In this document: piece after piece, positions 7,201 to 15,471 of the stretch
Layout of the letters: the number at the start of each line of letters is the position of its first letter
How positions within the stretch are numbered: the stretch's first letter is position 1
IMG/VR virus record: IMGVR_UViG_3300045988_116509
DNA: 18,581 bases
From: a virus
Reading direction: 5' to 3' (one strand)
Position numbers and translations under genes: made by a program
Notes under the pieces: generated by a model
The model's input: the letters and a program-made list of their open reading frames with translations, nothing else
The model's database searches: none
Told to the model about the DNA's origin: nothing

Positions 7201-9504
7201 ATGATGATGATTGATGATGTGAATCCTTACGTGGAATCCAGTTTTTCGTGGGCGGAGTGGACGCCTAACACCACGTTGAAGCTTTGCCGTGTCCCGTGGG
7301 ATGCGAGCTATCGTGATATCGTACGGTTCGCTTCACGTGAAACGCAGCGGGAATGGTTTGACGGATTGGATGGCGTTCAATGCCGTCCGGCCACCATGCA
7401 TGTCTTCGGAGCGCCCGTACGTGTCGACATGCCGTTCAATCAGGCGTCGAATTATAATTATCTTGTTGCCGTCAACGATTACCCCGAGTTGGAATCTGTG
7501 CGGGCATGGTATTATTTCATCGAATCCGTGGAATACGTTAACGCGCACACCACGCAGCTTACGCTTATGTTGGATGTGTGGCAGAGTTTCCAGCATGACG
7601 TGATGTTTGGCAGCTGTTATGTGACGCGCGGGCATATCGGCGTGGCCAACGAACGTCAGTGGGATGATTACGGGCGTACCGCGCTTGCATTGCCGGAGGG
7701 TTTGGACACCGGTGCGGAAACCGTCGTCACCTCCCAATCGTATAAGGCGTTGATGTCCAGTAAGCCCGCACAACCCGGTTTCAATTCGCCGACCTTGGAT
7801 TATGGTGTCATCGTCGTGGCCACGACCGACCTTGTGGCGTCGGGCGGTACTGTCGAGAAGCCGTCATTGAAGACCGCACAGGGTTCGCAATTCGAGAATC
7901 AATCCAATGGTGCGGGAATCTACTATTTCGATACCGCCGATGATTTTACGCGCGTCATGCAAGCGGGCAGTTCGCTCCCGTGGGTGACCCAAGGCATCAC
8001 GGCGATTTACGCCATACCGAAGATTAGCGCCGACTATGTCGCCGAAGCGGGCCATGAAGTGACGCAATTCTTCGGAAACGGCACGGCCGGCGTCGTCAAG
8101 GGCCACGTGTACACGTTCGTGTGGGAGGCTAGGAGCGACAACCGGTATGACGACATTGTCTCCATCAGGAACTTTCGCGATAATTTCAACATTCCGAACC
8201 GGTATCGCAATCTGAGGAAGCTGCGGTGCTACCCGTATAGCATCGTGGAATGCTCATGCTTGAACGGCTCCAACGTTATCTATCGGCCCGAAGACATCCA
8301 ATCCGATGATTTGGTCATCCGCGAAACGTGGAATTATGCGCCACCGTCCCCGCGTCTGAACTTCTACCCGGTGAACTATAATGCGAGCGGCGCGGCTACG
8401 GTGGACTCCCCGTCCGGCAACGGTGCCGGGTTGCCGATTGATGGCGGGGAGATGCTGAACGTCAGCTTCGGCATCACCGACTTTCCCCAATTCATGGTGG
8501 TGAACAACGGGGCTTCGCTTGCCATGGCCAACAGTTCCTACAGTCGGGCCTACGCCGAACAGTCGGCCGGATGGGCCCAGCAGAAGGCGACCATGAGCGC
8601 CGCGAACACGCTGTCCCAAGCCGGCACGTCGATTCGCACCCAACAGGAGATGACCCAATTGGGCGTCACCAACCGGAATGCGTTGAACACCATCGCAGCC
8701 AACTCGCTGAACCAGTCGCTGGCCATCGGACAGGCGAACACCAACGCCATGACCGACCTGAACATATCGCAGAACAATGCGCAGACCGCGTGGGGGCTGG
8801 TCTCCAATGCCGGGAGCGCGCTCATGTCGGGGAATGTGGCCGGACTGGTCGGAGGCACCATCGGCGGAATCGTACAGAATGGCATCACCAATACGGGATT
8901 GCGTGCCAGCCGTGATATCGCCAACGATACGGCGGCGGCGAATACGGCCAACAGCGTGGCGACCAATGCGGCGCAAACTTCACAGGCGAACGCGTACGCG
9001 CAACGCGCCCAGCAGATTCAGGGTACTTCCAGCGCTCTCATGGCCGGACAGAACTATCGGTTGGCCACGCGCTTCGCCGAAGGCGACTATGAGAATACGA
9101 TAGCGGGAATCAATGCGCAAGTGCAGCAAATGCAGATGACCCCGCCGACCACGAGCGGTGCGGTGGGCGGCGATTCGTTCAACCTCGCCAATGGCATCAT
9201 GGGTGTGCTGGTGCGGTTCCGCACGTGCGCTCCCAGCGCGTTGCGTAGCGTCGGGGAGTTCATGTTACGGTTCGGATATTTTGTCCAACGGTTCATCACT
9301 CCCCCCGCAAGTCTGCAATGCATGGAGAAGTTCACGTACTGGCAGATGCAAGAATGCTATGTCAGGGGCACGCTGCCCGAACAGGCGCGATTGGCCATCA
9401 AGGGCATGTTCGAACGTGGCGTGACCGTGTGGGCTAAGCCCGAGTATATTGGTGTGACCGATTGGGCGGACAATGACCCACTGCCGGGAATCGGCTATGA
9501 GTGA
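7201..9504 (+). CDS. Tail knob (distal tube) protein, phi29 gp9-like
   Basis: Three consecutive ATGs (7201, 7204, 7207) follow GGAGG, so the exact start is ambiguous. By-eye matches to phi29 gp9: [28 protein letters not shown] against [38 protein letters not shown] against MYPYCVTEI, and FGYFVQRF...[12 protein letters not shown] against YGYKINRV...GITLWHTDNIG. Confidence 0.9.
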   Translation: [767 protein letters not shown]

Positions 9505-9516
9505 TATGATGATGTC

Positions 9517-10467
9517 ATGAGTAGGTCTAGGAAGAACCGGGTCGGCGGCGCGTTGCATCCTCGCGGCAATTATGCGAAGGCGCGTGCCGCCGGCCTTGAT
9601 TACATGTATTATCATCTGTTGGAAGAGTTGGCGTTGAACCGGTTCAGCTGGCGTGGATTGCCTCCGACGGTGGATGAACGATGGCTTGAAATGTGTTTGT
9701 GCGAATACGGGTGCGCCCTCTTTTTCGAGGATGGGCGCATAGGCCGGTTTCTGGTGACCCAGGCTGGATATCAGGGCCGACTGAACGTGTATAATAATCC
9801 GACGTGTTTCGAGCCGGTGGGCGTCAACTACCGTTACAGGCAGCTTAAGGCGGGCCGTGAATGCATTCCCATCTGGGACAACCGCATGCGCATGTCGTTC
9901 AAGGACATCCTATGGCAGTATGCGCGGCGTCTTGCGGACATTGACAAGGCGTACGACGTGAACTTGGAGAGTTTGAAACTGCCGACCATCATCACTGCCG
10001 ACCCTCGGACCAAGCTTACCGTCCAGAACATGCTGCAACAGCGACAGGATGGCCAGGATTATATCATCGGCTATGATTCGTTGGACCCTGGCAGTATGTT
10101 CCGGCCGTGGCCCAACACTACGCCGTATCTGTTGGATAAGTTCATTCAGCAGAAGACACAGGTGACCAACGAGGTGTTGGGATATTTGGGTATCCAATCC
10201 AGTGGTACGGAGAAGAAGGAACGTCTCATTTCGGATGAGGTGGCGCAAGCCAATGAGAAGGTGGACGTGTTCCGACTGAGTTTCCTTAAGGCTCGACAGA
10301 CGGCGGCGACGGAAATTAACCGACTGTGGCCGCAGTTGAACGTGTGGGTCGAGTATGCGGACGCGCAAAGCTCCGGAGTGTCCAACGCTCTTGATTCAAG
10401 CACGGGCGGTACGACGGATATCGACATGCCCGCATCATACGACGCGGGTATCGGAGGTGTGTTATGA
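9517..10467 (+). CDS. Portal (upper collar connector) protein, phi29 gp10-like
   Basis: By-eye matches to phi29 gp10: FSWRGLPPTVDERWLE against FEWENLPPTINPSFLE, and GTEKKERLISDEV against NLEKKERMVTDEV. The size (316 aa) and position also fit. Confidence 0.9.
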   Translation: MSRSRKNRVGGALHPRGNYAKARAAGLDYMYYHLLEELALNRFSWRGLPPTVDERWLEMCLCEYGCALFFEDGRIGRFLVTQAGYQGRLNVYNNPTCFEPVGVNYRYRQLKAGRECIPIWDNRMRMSFKDILWQYARRLADIDKAYDVNLESLKLPTIITADPRTKLTVQNMLQQRQDGQDYIIGYDSLDPGSMFRPWPNTTPYLLDKFIQQKTQVTNEVLGYLGIQSSGTEKKERLISDEVAQANEKVDVFRLSFLKARQTAATEINRLWPQLNVWVEYADAQSSGVSNALDSSTGGTTDIDMPASYDAGIGGVL

Positions 10468-11258
10468 CACAGGATTTTAGCGCCTATGCGATGGAGACGC
10501 CGGGGGAGTACACCGAAACCCTCGGCAATCTCATCGCATTCGGATATGATACCGACGACAAGCTGCATTTGAGCGCCGATTATTACCCGATGTATGATGA
10601 ATCTCACCGCGCGGAATTGAATGAGAAGATTGTCCGCCATTACGCGCTGCGGGAGATTGGTCAGGAAACCGCGCAGCAGTTCGTCTTCTATCTGGGCATG
10701 ACGATGGCGGAGGTCATGCCCTATTTCAACGAACGCTATAGGACGCTGGACCTGGAATATAATCCGTTGGATTCCATGGACATGACGACGGATAGCGAGA
10801 ACGGCAGCGAATCCCAGTCATCCGGCAAAGCGTCCAGTACACAGGATTCGACCAGCAACAGTGCCAGCAAGTCGGATACCAACAGCACCACCACGTCGAA
10901 AAGTTTCGATAGTGACGTACCCCAGACCGGCGTGGTCGGCGACTTCGCACGCTACGCCAGCCATGCGAACGAATCTCAGGCGGACAGTTCGGGTACCGCG
11001 TCCAGTTCACAGGATTCGACCAGTCACACCACCGCTCAAAGCGCCACCGATTTTCAGCATGATTCAAGCAATTCCAAGGGCGTGAGTCATGTGACGGGGC
11101 GTAGCCAGTCGGCCATGAGCCTGATTCAGGAATACCGACAGGCGGTCATCAATGTGGACATGGAAGTCGTGCGGAGTCTCGAACCGTGCTTCATGCAAGT
11201 GTGGGGCTCGTATGATACTATTTTCGATAACTGCCATAACTATGGAGAATGGGAGTGA
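10464..11258 (+). CDS. Lower collar protein, phi29 gp11-like
   Basis: ATGA overlap with the portal gene, and GGAGG 6 nt upstream. The N-terminal pattern YDESHRAELNEKIVRHYALREIGQETAQQF...MPYFNERY is typical of the lower collar family, as I recall it. The central region is Ser/Thr-rich. Confidence 0.75.
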   Translation: MTQDFSAYAMETPGEYTETLGNLIAFGYDTDDKLHLSADYYPMYDESHRAELNEKIVRHYALREIGQETAQQFVFYLGMTMAEVMPYFNERYRTLDLEYNPLDSMDMTTDSENGSESQSSGKASSTQDSTSNSASKSDTNSTTTSKSFDSDVPQTGVVGDFARYASHANESQADSSGTASSSQDSTSHTTAQSATDFQHDSSNSKGVSHVTGRSQSAMSLIQEYRQAVINVDMEVVRSLEPCFMQVWGSYDTIFDNCHNYGEWE

Positions 11259-11261
11259 AAA

Positions 11262-11894
11262 ATGTCAGTTAATGCCCTTATTCCGCGCACGTATCCGCTG
11301 GTGCGCATTCCAACGTCGGTACCGTTCACCTACCGTGACGGAGCGACCACGTTGCAGCTGATTGAAAGCATCCGGTGCAATCTCGACGGTTTGCAGTCCG
11401 ATTTTAATACGCTGGTCGAACAAGTGAACCAGTCGATTGCGGACAGTGACGCCACCGTCCGGCAACTTGCCGACAATCTGGTTGGCCAGATGGCCATCCT
11501 CCGCGAGGAGCTTGTCCAGCTCATCGAACAGTCACAGTCCACCGGATTGGCGTGGTCGCCGGTGTACGGCAAGCAAGACGCCTTGCAGACGGTACTTGAT
11601 GGCATGTACGATAATACCCGCAACCATGCGCTGTTCTGGTCCGATTACGACGGCATGGAACTTGAGGCATCCACGTATGACGGTCTGGGGTTGAGCGCCC
11701 GCGAATTTGACCTCCACGCCACCGCCGTCGACAATGATGTACCCGGGAATTTTCCGGGACGGTCCCAATTCCCCTACGGCAAGAGCATTCCCGAGGGTGA
11801 ACCGACTGAAGTGTATTTGACCAAGTTCGACGCGGACGCCACTTACGTTCAGCGTCATCCGACCGTGTCGAACTTCGAGAATCGTGAGGTGTGA
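11262..11894 (+). CDS. Virion structural protein of unknown role (neck or appendage-associated, coiled-coil N-terminal half)
   Basis: Tightly packed between the collar and fibre genes, with GGGAG upstream. It has heptad-like segments (LVEQVNQSIADSDATVRQLADNLVGQMAILREELVQLIE). I recognise no domain. Confidence 0.45.
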   Translation: MSVNALIPRTYPLVRIPTSVPFTYRDGATTLQLIESIRCNLDGLQSDFNTLVEQVNQSIADSDATVRQLADNLVGQMAILREELVQLIEQSQSTGLAWSPVYGKQDALQTVLDGMYDNTRNHALFWSDYDGMELEASTYDGLGLSAREFDLHATAVDNDVPGNFPGRSQFPYGKSIPEGEPTEVYLTKFDADATYVQRHPTVSNFENREV

Positions 11895-11896
11895 AC

Positions 11897-12574
11897 ATGA
11901 CGGCCTCCAACCATACCGAACATTACGGATTAAGCCAGTATATGGAGGACGACTGCCCCACGTATACCGGCGACTATAATGGCGACATGTCGAAGATTGA
12001 CGCGGCCATCTATGCGGCGTCACAGTCCGGCGGTACGGGCGGATTGGCGACGGTTGCGCATGACGGCACGTTGACGGGGGATGGGTCGACGGCTGATGCG
12101 TTGTCCGTCGTCGGTTCGTTTAAGAACGCGACGAGACTATATAAGCCCGCCGCCACCAAGTTCGACCCGAACGATTGTAACGACCCCGGAGTCTACTACC
12201 TTTCCATGCAGAGGAACGACGTAAATGTCGCGAACATTCCGTCGGACCTACGGAATATGTTCATCAGGGCATCTCTGGTCGTATGCAGATGCGGGTACGG
12301 GAATATCGATATCGCACAGTTATGGTTGAATAGGTCGGGAGGCGAGGGGGAACCGTTCATCGCATATCGTATCCATGGCGATGCATGGACTTCATGGCAA
12401 CGCCTTGCGTTCGTGAGCGATATCCCGGACGTTTCCGCATTGACGGCCCGTATCGCCGCCTTGGAGTCTCGAGTGTCGGCGCTCACTGCCGCCGCAACCC
12501 CGAGTGTCCCGGCCGCGACTCCGAGCGCTACGGGCCTCACCCCCATATGGTTGGACACGAATCATTCCCGATGA
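11897..12574 (+). CDS. Tail fibre or receptor-binding protein 1
   Basis: The N-terminal motif TEHYGLSQY...GDYNGDMSKIDAAIY is shared with the next fibre gene. There is a globular middle domain and a C-terminal coiled coil (ALTARIAALESRVSALTAAA). ATG at 11897 follows GAGG. Confidence 0.6.
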   Translation: MTASNHTEHYGLSQYMEDDCPTYTGDYNGDMSKIDAAIYAASQSGGTGGLATVAHDGTLTGDGSTADALSVVGSFKNATRLYKPAATKFDPNDCNDPGVYYLSMQRNDVNVANIPSDLRNMFIRASLVVCRCGYGNIDIAQLWLNRSGGEGEPFIAYRIHGDAWTSWQRLAFVSDIPDVSALTARIAALESRVSALTAAATPSVPAATPSATGLTPIWLDTNHSR

Positions 12575-12581
12575 TTATAAT
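12552..12581 (+). promoter_or_regulatory. Candidate sigma70-like promoter for the esterase fibre gene
   Basis: TGGACA (12552-12557), an 18-nt spacer, then a perfect TATAAT (12576-12581). A 7-bp stem-loop at 12588-12607 follows, which could form a 5' mRNA hairpin. Confidence 0.3.
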
Positions 12582-12633
12582 AGTATTCGGGTAAGCATGG
12601 TTACCCGTAGTATGGAAAGCGAGGAACCTCACC

Positions 12634-14094
12634 ATGAGTAGTCTCAACAAAACCCCTCATTATAATCTCAGCCAGTTCGGCGACAGTCCGGACGACAAGC
12701 CGTCATGGCGTGGCGATTACACTGCGGACATGAGCCGAATCGACACGCAAATATATAGGAACGCGACCGATATCACCACGGCGACGGCAGCGGCGAACAA
12801 TGCGAACACGGCGGCGGGTCAGGCGAAAACCGCAGCCGATGGCGCTTTGAGCCTTGCACAGGCCAATAAGACCGATATCGCCGAACTGAACGGCTATTTC
12901 GACGAACTTGGCGTCACTTCCACGGTCACGGCGCAAAATCTGCTGACCACCATCAACGGCAAGGCCGATTCCAGTACTCTCGCAAGTAAGGTGGATGCCG
13001 GTGCCGTATACACCAAGGGCGAAGCGGATGGTCGTTATCTGCAATTAGGCGGATATTCCGGTACGGCGGCGAGCATCAACTCCACTGCCATCACGGCGAA
13101 GGATGATGCCAGTGCGGCGAAGTCGACGGCTGCCGTCGCGCAGACTGCCGTGAACTCCGTCGCCGCCGTGACCACCGACCTTACCGAATTGGTGTGGATT
13201 GGTGACAGTCTCAGCACCGGCTATCAGCCGGGGAGGTCCGCGCTCGCCGAAAGCAAGCGTATCCCCCAGCGTGTCGCGTCGAAGCTGGGGCTTAATCTGC
13301 ATGTGTTCGCCAATAATGCCAGTGGCTATGGTACGGCGGGCGATGGGGGTAAGACGTTCCTTACCCTTGCCAGCGAGGCGCTTTCCGCAATGGATGTCAA
13401 CGCCCGTAGGAAGGTCAAGTATGTGGTGGTCTGCGGTGGTAGGAACGATACCGGCGACACGTATACTTCGGCGCTTGGCGTGTTCGACACGCTATTGGGT
13501 ACCGGACCGCGTGCGGACCGGAATTTTCCGAACGCTTCGGCTCACGCCATTTTCCTCTGGGATAATGCGAGCATTCCACCCGCGAACGCCAAGGCGATGA
13601 ACGGCATCGCTTCGGCGGCGGCGGCGAATGGTCTGACATGGCATCCTTGGACGTGGACGCTTGGCATGGGTCATGCTGATTGGTTCGTCGAAGAAAACGA
13701 CCCTCATTACAATGAGGACGGCGCGAATTATATCGCCGGCATTCTCGCTTCGGCCATTGCGGGCGATTGCGAACCGTGCATGGGTGAGCTTTGCGGCGAA
13801 GTGGATATGACCGGCGGTTGTTCGGGTAAGCTTCATTGGCGTTTCGCGGGCGGCGTGGTAACGCTTACCGCGAAGTTCACCGCTTCCAAACCGGCCGGTA
13901 CTATTGCGACGCTGCCGAAGTTCATTGCCCTTGGTGATAATTTCATCATGATTTTGGGCAATTCGGGCAATCAGCAAGCGTTTGCCCGCTTGGATGGCGG
14001 CGTTCTGAACATAACCGGTGTTGTCGGTGGAGGCATATTGTCCGGTAGTTGTTGGATTACACCCCAGAGTTTCATTCCTATCGGTAGAGAGTGA
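12634..14094 (+). CDS. Tail fibre or spike protein 2 with an SGNH/GDSL hydrolase (esterase or deacetylase) domain
   Basis: The N-terminal anchor motif is TPHYNLSQF...GDYTADMSRIDTQIY, followed by an Ala-rich coiled coil. The SGNH blocks are WIGDSLSTG (block I), VVCGGRNDTG (block III) and NDPHYNEDGANYIA (block V-like). RBS is GAGGAA. Confidence 0.75.
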   Translation: MSSLNKTPHYNLSQFGDSPDDKPSWRGDYTADMSRIDTQIYRNATDITTATAAANNANTAAGQAKTAADGALSLAQANKTDIAELNGYFDELGVTSTVTAQNLLTTINGKADSSTLASKVDAGAVYTKGEADGRYLQLGGYSGTAASINSTAITAKDDASAAKSTAAVAQTAVNSVAAVTTDLTELVWIGDSLSTGYQPGRSALAESKRIPQRVASKLGLNLHVFANNASGYGTAGDGGKTFLTLASEALSAMDVNARRKVKYVVVCGGRNDTGDTYTSALGVFDTLLGTGPRADRNFPNASAHAIFLWDNASIPPANAKAMNGIASAAAANGLTWHPWTWTLGMGHADWFVEENDPHYNEDGANYIAGILASAIAGDCEPCMGELCGEVDMTGGCSGKLHWRFAGGVVTLTAKFTASKPAGTIATLPKFIALGDNFIMILGNSGNQQAFARLDGGVLNITGVVGGGILSGSCWITPQSFIPIGRE

Positions 14095-14114
14095 TGGCGT
14101 TTTCATGTGAATCA

Positions 14115-14142
14115 TACCCCGTCCGGCATGCTGGGCGGGGTA
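14115..14142 (+). promoter_or_regulatory. Stem-loop overlapping the likely SD of the downstream hydrolase gene
   Basis: TACCCCGTCC-GGCATGCT-GGGCGGGGTA, a 10-bp stem with one G:U pair. The G-rich 3' arm ends 6 nt before ATG 14147. No U-tract follows. Confidence 0.4.
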
Positions 14143-14146
14143 TACT

Positions 14147-15418
14147 ATGATTATGGACAATACGGCATATTATGCGATGTACGTAATCGGCACCGTGGAA
14201 AGCAATTGCGATTGGGGTGCGTGCAATTACGTTGACGCAATCACTATGGGCATGATGCAATGGTATGGCAGTCGTGCTCGGAATCTTTTGGAGCGCGGAC
14301 GCACCGCAGACCCGGGCGGATGGACGACGTTCGCTACGGCAGCTCCCACATTGGCCCGGCAAGTACAGGACAATGACATCGATTGGACATCGCGCTACCT
14401 TTCCACCGCCGAAGGCAATGCGTGGAAGGCGTGGGCGCAGCACGACGAAAACCACGCTTTTCAAGAGGCGCAATGGGAGGCGGATTGGGACGGGTACCAG
14501 TCAACTATGACCAACTTCGGGTTCCCGTCCGATAATGTCAAAGAGCGTATCATGTGGGCGTGCGCTTATCACCAGTCGCCCGCACGGGCGCAGCACGTAC
14601 TCGCGTCATGTTCGGGCACCGCCACGCTTGAGCTGATTTACTCGACGATTTTGGCGGACGGCGTGCTGGGGCAATACCGCAATCGGTACACCACCGCATA
14701 TAACCTATTGAACGCATGGGATGGCACTTCCGCGCCGCCCGACTTCGGCCAAACCTCCGAACCATCCGATACGCCCGGAGGCGACCGACCCGGCATCGAC
14801 GGAAAGCCCGGCAGCACCGCATGGATACAATTGCAAGGCGACAACCTTATCCTTCACAGCGGGGGTACTGTTTCCGTTTTTATGAAAAGCTCCGCGCAGA
14901 CATGGATGTACAAGACTTCCGAATCCACCGAGCCGAGCGGTGGACAGACTGGCGGCGGCTCAGGCTCGGGCGGCGGTAGCGAGGATGCGGCGCGGGTTGT
15001 GGAATGGTTGAGGTCACGAATCGGCAAATACGCCTACTCGCAAGGGGCGGGACGGTTGGACCCGGATTCAACCGGGTACGGCGATTGCAGTTCGGTCTGT
15101 TGGCGTGCATATCAGGATGTGTTGGGTATCGATGTGGGTACATGGACAGGGCAGATGGCCGGCAAGGGTACGCGCATATGCGGTAGTTCTGACACAAGCG
15201 TATCTGACGCCATCCGCATGGCACACGCCGCCGATTTGCTGTTGCTGGACTGGGGGGCGTACACGCAGTCATGGGACCATGTGGAAATGTTCACCGGTGA
15301 TGGCAAGGATGAGACATTATCGCATGGAGGGCCGGGGAACGGCCCGAATCCGTTCGCCGCGTCCGGTGAGATGAATATGGCGAGCCGGTGGGAGATACGC
15401 AGATACATTACCGGCTAG
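14147..15418 (+). CDS. Tail-associated peptidoglycan hydrolase (phi29 gp13 analogue): lysozyme or transglycosylase-like N-domain, Gly/Ser linker, and NlpC/P60 C-domain
   Basis: The N-terminal half contains GTVESN...MMQWYG, which is glycosidase-like. The linker is GGQTGGGSGSGGGS. The C-terminal half carries GYGDCSSVCWRAY (catalytic Cys) and WDHVEMFTG (His), typical of NlpC/P60. Confidence 0.75.
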   Translation: MIMDNTAYYAMYVIGTVESNCDWGACNYVDAITMGMMQWYGSRARNLLERGRTADPGGWTTFATAAPTLARQVQDNDIDWTSRYLSTAEGNAWKAWAQHDENHAFQEAQWEADWDGYQSTMTNFGFPSDNVKERIMWACAYHQSPARAQHVLASCSGTATLELIYSTILADGVLGQYRNRYTTAYNLLNAWDGTSAPPDFGQTSEPSDTPGGDRPGIDGKPGSTAWIQLQGDNLILHSGGTVSVFMKSSAQTWMYKTSESTEPSGGQTGGGSGSGGGSEDAARVVEWLRSRIGKYAYSQGAGRLDPDSTGYGDCSSVCWRAYQDVLGIDVGTWTGQMAGKGTRICGSSDTSVSDAIRMAHAADLLLLDWGAYTQSWDHVEMFTGDGKDETLSHGGPGNGPNPFAASGEMNMASRWEIRRYITG

Positions 15419-15471
15419 TGTGACGATGAGCCTGTGGGTGTCCACCGATTTTATTACTGTCGTATGATATC

